IMG/VR virus record: IMGVR_UViG_3300021426_000001
From: a virus
Lineage: Duplodnaviria; Caudoviricetes
Strand: one strand, 5' to 3'
Length of the DNA stretch: 64,000 bases
Part shown: positions 27,589 through 35,395 of the stretch, one piece after another
Position numbering within the stretch: the first letter of the stretch is position 1
How the letters are laid out: each line of letters begins with the position of its first letter
Notes under the pieces: generated by a model
The model's input: the letters and a program-made list of their open reading frames with translations, nothing else
Databases searched by the model: none
Told to the model about the DNA's origin: nothing
Program-made: the position numbers and the translations under genes

Positions 27589-27956
27589 CGGCTTTTCCTT
27601 TCATCGAGTGCTGTACTTCTCCTCACGTCGAAGTATCTGTGTATGGTGTCTATGCGCTTCTTGCGCTTCTCTGTGTCTATCCTGCTGGGAGACTCTAGCA
27701 GCCAGGATATGGCTAAGTCTACCTCGCTCATGGGATGAGAGAACATGATGACGGCTTTCTCAGCGTCTGCATAGAGGGTAGAGACGCCATCTGGGTTGAG
27801 TGAGGGGTAGTACTTGGCTATGCAGACATAGTTGTCATAGACATCGCCCACTGGCTCTCCACGGTGCATCACCGTCGTGCTCTGAGATGCATCGCTGCTC
27901 ACTCTGAGGATGAAGCCTCGGTCTCTGAGCCTCTTCTCTACCTGTTCTCTCGTCAT
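27585..27956 (-). CDS. hypothetical protein
   Basis: Coupled ORF with GGAGG RBS. Confidence 0.65.
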   Translation of the reverse strand: MTREQVEKRLRDRGFILRVSSDASQSTTVMHRGEPVGDVYDNYVCIAKYYPSLNPDGVSTLYADAEKAVIMFSHPMSEVDLAISWLLESPSRIDTEKRKKRIDTIHRYFDVRRSTALDERKSR

Positions 27957-27959
27957 CTG

Positions 27960-28355
27960 CTACATGCCTCCAAAGAGCTTGTCTATCTTGTCGAGCTCTG
28001 CCATCATCTGCTCTTCGCTGCGTACTTGTTTTGGACCGTTTGAGAGGTGACGGACAGTCTCTTGAGGGATCTGAGGGATAGAGGGTCTTCTGCGTGGTGC
28101 GAACTCTCCATCGGGAGGGCACGGGAGATCTTCGGCGTTGAACGTGATCGGCTGGAACTTGGCGTGATCTGGATGCGCATACTGAGTGATCTCTAGGGCT
28201 GCTGGAGAGGCTGCTATCTCTGTGTCTGGCGTGATGTCTGAGAATCCCGCAAGGATAGCGTCAGTGTCTAGCTGAACGTGTGAGACGTCATACGGAGACA
28301 CTGGCTCTGCTGGAATGTCCATGCGGAATCTTGGAATTGACGGATCCCAGCCCAT
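27960..28355 (-). CDS. Pro-rich hypothetical protein
   Basis: Start moved to ATG 28355 (TGATG overlap, AGGAG RBS). Confidence 0.6.
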   Translation of the reverse strand: MGWDPSIPRFRMDIPAEPVSPYDVSHVQLDTDAILAGFSDITPDTEIAASPAALEITQYAHPDHAKFQPITFNAEDLPCPPDGEFAPRRRPSIPQIPQETVRHLSNGPKQVRSEEQMMAELDKIDKLFGGM

Positions 28356-28648
28356 CAGCGTCTTCTCCTGCTGCGGATCGCAGAGCAGCGGACTGGAGCG
28401 CCAGTAGAGTCGACTCGTACTGTTATTCCTCCCTTGTTCCAGCCCATCTTGATGTACGTGACGTCCATCTCTTCGTCGCAGAATAGCGCGAAGTGGTTGC
28501 GTGGAGTCGTTCCGTCTATCCTGTTGAGGCCGAACGGAGCTGACTCGTACTTCTCTGCTGGCGAGCTGCACGCTGTGAGTCCTATCCCTGTCGCGAACGC
28601 TGTTAGCGCTACTATCGCATATATGCAGATCTTCTGTTTTGATGTCAT
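28355..28648 (-). CDS. lipoprotein, DUF6440-like (paralogue 1)
   Basis: Signal peptide with LTAC lipobox; CDEE.DV.YI...GGIT.RVD..G. Confidence 0.7.
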   Translation of the reverse strand: MTSKQKICIYAIVALTAFATGIGLTACSSPAEKYESAPFGLNRIDGTTPRNHFALFCDEEMDVTYIKMGWNKGGITVRVDSTGAPVRCSAIRSRRRR

Positions 28649-28935
28649 TTTCTGTTCCTCCTGAGGTCTGAGCACTTGACTATCTTCCCGTTCTCGTCAA
28701 GGTACGGGGTGATCCCTCCGTGAACCTGGCTGAGCTGAAGATATACGTTGTTCCTGCTCTCGTCGCAGATGAGGTAGAAGGAGATGCCGAGCGTGTCTCC
28801 ATCTATGCTTCTCATGCGGTTGTACTGAGTGTCCCTGATGCGGTTCTCGTACTGGATCTGCTTGTCGATGTCAGAGCATGCTCCCGTTATCGCTGCTATC
28901 GCGAGGATCACTATCGCTTTGATTGCTGTCTTCAT
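28645..28935 (-). CDS. lipoprotein, DUF6440-like (paralogue 2)
   Basis: Signal peptide with TGAC lipobox; CDES.N.YL...GGITPYLDENG. Confidence 0.7.
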   Translation of the reverse strand: MKTAIKAIVILAIAAITGACSDIDKQIQYENRIRDTQYNRMRSIDGDTLGISFYLICDESRNNVYLQLSQVHGGITPYLDENGKIVKCSDLRRNRK

Positions 28936-29264
28936 TGTTCTATCTCCTTTTTCTTGCGGTACATTGTTGCCCTGCTGACTCCCAGAGCCTCGGCTGCCTG
29001 TGCGACATTGCCGTTAGCGCTCTTGAGAGCTTCGCGGGCGAGAAAGTCTTCCATGTCTGCCCTGTTCATAGTGAGAACCTCTGATCTCTGGCTCATGAGG
29101 AGATTCTCGTACTTGTCGAGCTGGTAGTCGAGCTGATCCAGCACCTGCTTGAGCGTCATAGAGGTCCCGTAGACCCTTATTAGCTCCAGGACCATTCCCT
29201 TGTGCTCGCGGGCGCAGCAGTAGATGTTGAGGTCGTTCTGAAAGTCGTGCTTCTCTATGCTCAT
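28932..29264 (-). CDS. Fis-family helix-turn-helix protein
   Basis: EALKSANGNVAQAAEALGVSRATMYRK. Confidence 0.88.
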   Translation of the reverse strand: MSIEKHDFQNDLNIYCCAREHKGMVLELIRVYGTSMTLKQVLDQLDYQLDKYENLLMSQRSEVLTMNRADMEDFLAREALKSANGNVAQAAEALGVSRATMYRKKKEIEQ

Positions 29265-29434
29265 TTTCTCTCCCAGCCGATCAACTGGTCGGCGTTGACC
29301 AGAGGCTTTCGCTGCTCTGGAATCAGCATTGACGGATAGTCGTAAAATTGGATCGGCTCTGGACGTCTCATGAGGTAAGCCCTCGCGTCGAACCTCATCG
29401 CCTCCATTAGAGTGCCTGTAGTTATTCTGTTCAT
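29261..29434 (-). CDS. hypothetical protein
   Basis: Start moved to ATG 29434; coupled. Confidence 0.5.
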   Translation of the reverse strand: MNRITTGTLMEAMRFDARAYLMRRPEPIQFYDYPSMLIPEQRKPLVNADQLIGWERK

Positions 29435-29438
29435 GTCG

Positions 29439-29864
29439 TTACCATTCCTTCGCTGGCGCAATGATGTGCCATATCCTTTCGCCAGTCTTGAAGATGATCT
29501 CTCTCGTGTTGATGATTCTGCCGTCACCGACTAGACCCTCTTTGTTCACCTTGAGATATCCGAGTTCGATCCTGTACCAGCCCTTTTCGCGGGCTTCGTT
29601 GATGACAGAGAGGAGCCTGTCTGCGAAGACATTGACCTCTCTTAGCTCCTTGAGGGCTTCTCTCTTCTCTTCGTCGTAGTCGGAATTCGTCTTCTTGTCG
29701 AAGTCAGTTATCTCTTCTACTGTCTTCACTACTTCGTCGCCCAGCTCTTCGACGCTCTTGCCCTTGACCGCTCGAATGAGGTCCTGAAGGCTGTTGGCGT
29801 AGTTGAGCAGCTGCACCTTCCACGTCTTGCACTCGTCAAGGTCTGATTGATATGCGTGTGGCAT
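29439..29864 (-). CDS. hypothetical protein
   Basis: TAATG-coupled ORF. Confidence 0.7.
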   Translation of the reverse strand: MPHAYQSDLDECKTWKVQLLNYANSLQDLIRAVKGKSVEELGDEVVKTVEEITDFDKKTNSDYDEEKREALKELREVNVFADRLLSVINEAREKGWYRIELGYLKVNKEGLVGDGRIINTREIIFKTGERIWHIIAPAKEW

Positions 29865-30196
29865 TACTTGCCTCCGAGAAGCTTAGCGATCTGGTCGGGA
29901 TCGATTCCGTTGCTCTTGAGGATCTTCGGCGTGTCGTAGCCGTCGCTTGCGAGACACTGACTCAAGCACTTGACGGCAGCGATGAGAATGTCCCTGTCGC
30001 CTCCCTTGTACTGCTTGAAGTCGTCTTCACGTAACTTGAGCATGATTCCTACGTTTTCAGTGGGTTCTCCGTATTCCCATGCATAGCTCACCTCGCCAGA
30101 GTGGCGGCGGACGACATCGATAGCCTGAGCTTCTGTGAGATGATGTTTGTTGATGAGGACGTGTTTGACAGCTGCGAAGTATTCAGATTGAGTCAT
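29864..30196 (-). CDS. hypothetical early protein
   Basis: GGAG RBS; first gene after promoter 30243-30271. Confidence 0.7.
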   Translation of the reverse strand: MTQSEYFAAVKHVLINKHHLTEAQAIDVVRRHSGEVSYAWEYGEPTENVGIMLKLREDDFKQYKGGDRDILIAAVKCLSQCLASDGYDTPKILKSNGIDPDQIAKLLGGK

Positions 30197-30242
30197 GTGT
30201 TTCTCCCTGACCAGATGGTGATTAGATGGTGATTACATGTCT

Positions 30243-30271
30243 AATATAGGTAATTTGTCTCAGTTTGTAAA
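30243..30271 (-). promoter_or_regulatory. early promoter
   Basis: TTTACA-N17-TATATT. Confidence 0.8.
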
Positions 30272-30342
30272 TGGATAATCTCAAAAATACACAAAAAAGT
30301 CTGCCCGCGATGGACAGACTCTGAAAGATTGGAGGTTTTTGC

Positions 30343-31005
30343 CTAGCCGTTGAGATAGTCTTCTTCGAACTTGGCTGGCTCTCGCTTCTCTGGCGCATCC
30401 TCGAAGAGGCGCTCCATAGCTTCATCAAGACGCTCGGACGGGAAGAGCTTCTCCATCTTCGCTTCGTTCACAGTGTTCTGCTGCTTCTCTGCCCATGGCA
30501 GATCTGCGTAAGCGATAGACTCGCCGATCTTGAGAGCGTTCTCAGCTGGCACCCTAGACTTGAAAGCGAGAATGACTGGAACCTGGTCACCCCAGACGAA
30601 GGTAGAGTTGATCCATCCAGGGAAGTCCTCGTCTCCCTCCTTGAGGAGAGTTTCGAGGTCCTTGATAGCCTCTTCCTTAGTCTTGCCCTCCTCGGTGGCG
30701 TTCTCCATGAATCCGCGAAGGTCACGCTGGATTTCCGGTCCCATCTTCTTGATGAGACGCTGGAACATCTTATCCACTTTGGCTTCGTTGTTGATGCCGT
30801 AGTAGTCAGCGAGCTCTTGCATGTTCGTTACGTAGATCTCAACTCCGAGTCCAGTTCGACCCTCGATAGGACGAGCGTCCAGTGCGCCAGCTTCGTCCAT
30901 GACCCCATTCTCTTCCATGTTGAATAGAGCGAGACGGATGAGCGGGATAGCCTTGTTCGGATCGAGCTTTTCGATGGTGAGTGTGCCGTTGAACGGATTG
31001 ATCAT
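30343..31005 (-). CDS. acidic hypothetical early protein
   Basis: GGAG RBS; own early promoter. Confidence 0.75.
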   Translation of the reverse strand: MINPFNGTLTIEKLDPNKAIPLIRLALFNMEENGVMDEAGALDARPIEGRTGLGVEIYVTNMQELADYYGINNEAKVDKMFQRLIKKMGPEIQRDLRGFMENATEEGKTKEEAIKDLETLLKEGDEDFPGWINSTFVWGDQVPVILAFKSRVPAENALKIGESIAYADLPWAEKQQNTVNEAKMEKLFPSERLDEAMERLFEDAPEKREPAKFEEDYLNG

Positions 31006-31039
31006 ATTTTCTTCTCCCTTTCTTATTATTTACATGTGA

Positions 31040-31068
31040 AATATAGGATTTTCTAGTCCTTTTGTAAA
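31040..31068 (-). promoter_or_regulatory. early promoter
   Basis: TTTACA-N17-TATATT. Confidence 0.75.
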
Positions 31069-31775
31069 GCGTTTTCTTGTGCTATCTTGGCTTCTGCTGC
31101 TCTGAGATACGGCTCCAGAGGTCCTATTCCCTTCTCAGCGCATACCTTGTCAACCTTCTCTGCGAAACGGATCCAGTTCTTCCACTTGCATGTAGGAGTC
31201 TTGGCTCGGAGATATGCTGCAACGCACGCTCTGCCGAACTGATACGAGCATACCTGCTCTGGTGTGTAGCCGTTCTTGAGGAACCACATGAGCGAGTGGA
31301 TCACCTTCGGTCTGATGTAGCCGATCTCGAATCGTATCTCACGGTCTGCGAAGCCCATCTCCCTCAAGAGATCTTCTATCATAACCAGATCGAACTGGAG
31401 ATTCCAAGGGATGACAGACGCACGCAGAACGACGGTCACTCGATCCCTCGTAATGACCATCTTAGTGAGACATCCACCCTTAATGTGGTCGAACTCGTGC
31501 TGGACGTTCTTGAACTTGAACTCAGCAACGCCGTTCTTCAGATACTCCTTGTGGCATCTGTCTAGCTCTGACTCTTCGACGTACAGGCGTCTGAGCTGCT
31601 TCATCTTCTTCGGGTGCTCTGATGCCATCTCTCGGGTTAGCGGGCAGTTAGTAGATCCGCAGATGATGACGACATCGTCCTCTCTGCTCGTGTTGCACTT
31701 GAATGTCTCCAGCGTGTACTTGGACAGACGCAGCATGGCGTCGTCGAAGTCTTTGCAGTTGAATGTGTTAGCCAA
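31053..31775 (-). CDS. divergent thymidylate-synthase-fold protein (dCMP-modifying candidate)
   Basis: GGCL...LRASVIPWNLQFD aligns by eye with TS C146...RSCDVFLGLPFN; TTG start after GAGGA. Confidence 0.5.
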   Translation of the reverse strand: MANTFNCKDFDDAMLRLSKYTLETFKCNTSREDDVVIICGSTNCPLTREMASEHPKKMKQLRRLYVEESELDRCHKEYLKNGVAEFKFKNVQHEFDHIKGGCLTKMVITRDRVTVVLRASVIPWNLQFDLVMIEDLLREMGFADREIRFEIGYIRPKVIHSLMWFLKNGYTPEQVCSYQFGRACVAAYLRAKTPTCKWKNWIRFAEKVDKVCAEKGIGPLEPYLRAAEAKIAQENALQKD

Positions 31776-31776
31776 C

Positions 31777-32439
31777 TTAGTTCCTCTCTTTTCTCGGTTT
31801 CCACATGACCGAGCGTGTTCTGTTCTTCCAAAACTCCTGAATGTGCTTCGGGAACGGGCTCGGATCAGAGTCATTTTGCTCTATCAAGAGCTCCGTTCTT
31901 AGTGACTCGGCAGCGCCGTACGCGTCTACCACGTCTGAGAGTCCCGGCGTTCCCTTCTTTCCGTTAGTCACTGGCGGGAAAATGCTCAGGTCTGGCTTCA
32001 TCAGTGTGAGTGACTTGTACGTGTTCCACATAGAGAGCTTGTCTGAGTCTCCGTGACCCGTGAAGATCTTCTTTATCGTCATCGGTGAGTAGAGATAGAG
32101 CGGCTTCTCCATGCGCCAGAGGCTCTGACGGATCCAGCCCTCGAACTCAGCAAGGTCGAATACTAGGCCTACAGCGCCGGTCTTGCCGTATGCGTAGTCT
32201 TCTGCCGCTACCATGTCAGCGTTTCTCGCGAAGGCGAGAATTCTCTCCTGCATGAACTCGTACTTGTCATATTTATCCAAAAAGCCGTCCTTGTTGTACC
32301 AGATCGAGTGCTCGGACGCATACTTCTTAGTGGTGGTGAAAGTGAGCCAGTCAGTGTCGATGATGTTCAGCCTATCATCTAGTGTCATCATCACGCAGCC
32401 CGTGTGGGTCACTGACATGTCCAGTCCAACTATCTTCAT
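31777..32439 (-). CDS. RuvC-like Holliday junction resolvase
   Basis: IVGLDMS.THTG, AEDYAYG, P.TIKK..TG.G.SDK, D.VDA. Confidence 0.85.
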   Translation of the reverse strand: MKIVGLDMSVTHTGCVMMTLDDRLNIIDTDWLTFTTTKKYASEHSIWYNKDGFLDKYDKYEFMQERILAFARNADMVAAEDYAYGKTGAVGLVFDLAEFEGWIRQSLWRMEKPLYLYSPMTIKKIFTGHGDSDKLSMWNTYKSLTLMKPDLSIFPPVTNGKKGTPGLSDVVDAYGAAESLRTELLIEQNDSDPSPFPKHIQEFWKNRTRSVMWKPRKERN

Positions 32440-32794
32440 CAGTTAGTTCCTTCATTCTTTCGAGCGTTGCTCTTAGTCTGTCTAAAATAGAAAAATCTTC
32501 GCCGTTGGTGATTTGCCACAGCCAGTGAACGACCTTGTGGCTCATCTCCGTCAGCAGCATGAAGTCGTCATCCTTGGAGAATGCTCCATACTGCTCGGCT
32601 CTGAGATTCATGTGATGGCAGGTTAGTCTGTCGTCGTGTGTGAGCTCCCTGCAAGTTAGCTCATCTATCAGTCCCCTCGCCTTGATCAGTCTCTGCTTCA
32701 GATCTTGCCACTCACGCGTGTGACGCAGCTTGAACTTTCGCTTCTGATCGATCTTCTTGTGGGACGGACGGTCATCAGAACGTCCAGACTCCAT
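32375..32794 (-). CDS. HNH endonuclease
   Basis: EW..LK, LTCHH, F.LL...SHKVVH; start ATG 32794 after GAGGA. Confidence 0.7.
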   Translation of the reverse strand: MESGRSDDRPSHKKIDQKRKFKLRHTREWQDLKQRLIKARGLIDELTCRELTHDDRLTCHHMNLRAEQYGAFSKDDDFMLLTEMSHKVVHWLWQITNGEDFSILDRLRATLERMKELTDEDSWTGHVSDPHGLRDDDTR

Positions 32795-33857
32795 CGTCCT
32801 CTTCTGGAAATATTGTCTGCGGGACTTCAACGAGTTCCTCCCTTTTGTTCATGTCTACCTTGAGATTGTCTAGGTCAATCTCTGGCTGGATAGTCGCGTA
32901 GACGGCCCAGTAGAGAGCCGATACGAGGTCATCGTGCGAGTTAGAGGACGCCTTGAACACGTTCGGGCTCACTTCGATGAAGGTAGTGAGCTCCTTCAGT
33001 GTAGCCGAGTCGTGCAGAATGAGAGCGTCTCTGTTGACTTCACGCTGGAGAAGAAGACAAGCTTCGAGCTTGTTCGACTTGTTAGCGTTGGTGCCAATTC
33101 CGTGAGGATCGGTGTTGATTATGTTCTGGCAGTCCATCGTGTACCAGAGTTCTTCTGCTACCTTTCCGCCAGGACCGTTGTTTTCGATGATTATGAGTGC
33201 GTTGTTGTACCACTCGGACAGATCCTTGATTATCTGGCTGAACTTGCCGTAGGTCGTTCTGTCGTCGTGGAACGTGCAGACTTGTTCGAACTTGTCCTTT
33301 GATACTACCTTCAGGATCTGAATGGCCGAGAAGTCGAGACCAGAGCCGGTAGCCGTGTCGACTCCCATCACGTAGACGGCGCCAGGGATAGGCTCTTCCC
33401 AGATCGAGACCATGTACCCGTACTTGAATGACTTTGGCTCAGACGGGAACAGCTTGCCCAGCTTATCGAGTTCGATGAGGGTCGTTGAAGATCCCATGAA
33501 TTCGCAGTTGTGGTGGATCTGGTCACTTTCGCCGTTCTCGTCCACTGTGCTGTAGAGATGGCCTCTCACAGAGTATGGACCGTAGAAGTCACCCTCGGTC
33601 TCCTTTATCTCGATTATCTCGCTGCCGCATATCTCGTCGCCGACCTGAAGTGACTCGACAGCGACCTGCCAGTTGTCCCTCATGAAGATGTGGCCCTCGG
33701 AGTAAGAGACTTCGCGGCCGTCTTTTAGCTTAATCTTGTAACCCTTTGACTTCTTGTGGATGAGGCCCCAGAACGGCTCATATCTGCCGTCTGGACCCAT
33801 TATCTCGAAGCCTGAGTTGTTCTTTTCGATGCTTATTGCTGCTTTTGAGTCTGCCAT
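32775..33857 (-). CDS. gp17: split-intein C-fragment fused to terminase large subunit C-terminal (nuclease) half
   Basis: 117-aa Hint fragment ending HHN, then CEFMGSSTTLI; GVDTATG.G.DFS, IIENNG.G, HDDLV.AL. Confidence 0.9.
   Translation of the reverse strand: MADSKAAISIEKNNSGFEIMGPDGRYEPFWGLIHKKSKGYKIKLKDGREVSYSEGHIFMRDNWQVAVESLQVGDEICGSEIIEIKETEGDFYGPYSVRGHLYSTVDENGESDQIHHNCEFMGSSTTLIELDKLGKLFPSEPKSFKYGYMVSIWEEPIPGAVYVMGVDTATGSGLDFSAIQILKVVSKDKFEQVCTFHDDRTTYGKFSQIIKDLSEWYNNALIIIENNGPGGKVAEELWYTMDCQNIINTDPHGIGTNANKSNKLEACLLLQREVNRDALILHDSATLKELTTFIEVSPNVFKASSNSHDDLVSALYWAVYATIQPEIDLDNLKVDMNKREELVEVPQTIFPEEDDGVWTF
33507..33857 (-). other. atypically split intein, IntC (117 aa)
   Basis: GPDG..F.G, SEGH (block B), L.VGD, HN|C junction; no Cys1/block A; resembles AceL/GOS-TerL IntC. 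Confidence 0.85.
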
Positions 33858-33893
33858 ATCGTCTTTTTTGCTCGTTTTGAGCAGTTTATGAAG

Positions 33894-33901
33894 TATTTAT
33901 G
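33894..33901 (-). promoter_or_regulatory. late promoter variant for TerL C-half
   Basis: CATAAATA. Confidence 0.55.
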
Positions 33902-33983
33902 CTGCAAAATTCAAAAAGGGACACGCGCATCTGTGCATGGTACCCCCTATTTTTGCTGTTTTTTGGAAAGGTGTATAAATAGA

Positions 33984-35393
33984 CTATTTGGCCTCGTTGA
34001 CGGCCTTCGACATCTTAGTCTCGTCTGCTGGATGCGCTGCGTCAGTAGCGACCCTGAGCTTTATCTCCAAGTCACTGCCCTTTCTGAACATCCACTCTAT
34101 CGTGTGAATGACGCACTTTCCGCTGTCTACCATAGATTCACGGCTCATAGAGCTGTAGTCGACGTCCAGAACGTCTCCTATGCGCAAATCTTGGTCTCCA
34201 AAGCATGGCAGCTGCTTGCCAGCGTTCAGTTTTATCGTGTGTCGGTTGGCGAAGAACTCGGATCTGAGTATGCTGTTGATGGTCGGACAGAGCTCCCAGC
34301 CCGGGTGAAGATTCATGTTCGTGTAGCCGTTGAAGTGTCGATAGCGAGTGACTTCCGAGTCACGTCCGTCTGCCGCTAGCTCACCGCTACAGAACTGCTT
34401 GTAAGCGAGCGTGTGAGTCAGATGATAGAAGCCATCGAACTCCAAGTCGTCTGAGTCATATAGTATGGACTCCAGCATCGGGTCAAATACCTCTACCTTC
34501 GCAGTGTTTCCAGCGACATCGGCAGTCCAGCCGCTGTTGTTCTTCTGCATCTCCTCGATGAGAATGTAGCAGTTGTTCGAGTACTTGTCCTTCAGCTCGT
34601 CCACAGTCATCTTCTGTACATCACGCTGGAAGAGGTCGTTGAAGATCACGTGCTTGACCTTCTCTTTGAGCTTCCTATTCACGTCTGTCTCGAAGAAGTA
34701 AGGTACGCCGTTCTCAAGGTTTTGACGCATTCCGTAGAAGCGGGCCTCACAGTTCTTGTTGATCCAGAACATACCGAAGTCGTTCTCGCTAACGTAGCTG
34801 TGATTGACCACGAAAGTGATGAAGTCGTCGGCGTTCATGTTGGGGTTGAACCAGAGCTGGTCATCAGACGGCTCCACGTTCGTAGACAGCTTACCCAAGC
34901 CTATCTGTCCAGCGACTGATCCGAGCACATCAGTTGACTTAGAAGATGAGCCAGGCGATGTCTCTGGGTACTTCGGAATGCAGTTGAACATGCCGAGCGC
35001 ATCGCTCACGAAAGTGACTACGTACTCAGTTCTGCCGTCACCAGCCTTCTTGGTCTTGGATCCGACTATTCTGAAGCGTCCCTTGCTCACATTGTTCTTG
35101 GTGGACTCGTCGCTCTGAGTGTATTCGAAGCCGATCCACAGCGTTCTGCCCGAGTAGAAGCGGTTTATCTCGCGTGAGGATCCGTAGTCGTAGAAAGTGA
35201 ACTCGCCGACTGGCAGCTTGAGAAACATTGACTCTATGAGCTTGAAAGATCCGATGTTGGGCAGCTCTACCTGAAACGCCCTCTCAGTTCCATACTCGTC
35301 TAGCCAGATGCGCATATTCATTCTCGCATTCTGGCTCAGATTTGCTTCTTTCGCTCTTGAGAGTATCTGTGCAGTTGAAAGCTGGTCAGACAT
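33984..35393 (-). CDS. baseplate hub protein (gp27-like) candidate
   Basis: FNPNM....I.F....SY...DF.MFWIN....F; C-terminal L.IGD.....DSGK.VI..I. Confidence 0.55.
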   Translation of the reverse strand: MSDQLSTAQILSRAKEANLSQNARMNMRIWLDEYGTERAFQVELPNIGSFKLIESMFLKLPVGEFTFYDYGSSREINRFYSGRTLWIGFEYTQSDESTKNNVSKGRFRIVGSKTKKAGDGRTEYVVTFVSDALGMFNCIPKYPETSPGSSSKSTDVLGSVAGQIGLGKLSTNVEPSDDQLWFNPNMNADDFITFVVNHSYVSENDFGMFWINKNCEARFYGMRQNLENGVPYFFETDVNRKLKEKVKHVIFNDLFQRDVQKMTVDELKDKYSNNCYILIEEMQKNNSGWTADVAGNTAKVEVFDPMLESILYDSDDLEFDGFYHLTHTLAYKQFCSGELAADGRDSEVTRYRHFNGYTNMNLHPGWELCPTINSILRSEFFANRHTIKLNAGKQLPCFGDQDLRIGDVLDVDYSSMSRESMVDSGKCVIHTIEWMFRKGSDLEIKLRVATDAAHPADETKMSKAVNEAK

Positions 35394-35395
35394 CG

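Noticed and set aside
30213-30234. 11-bp tandem repeat AGATGGTGATT in an early leader
   Set aside because: Only two copies and not noticed elsewhere; likely a slippage duplication
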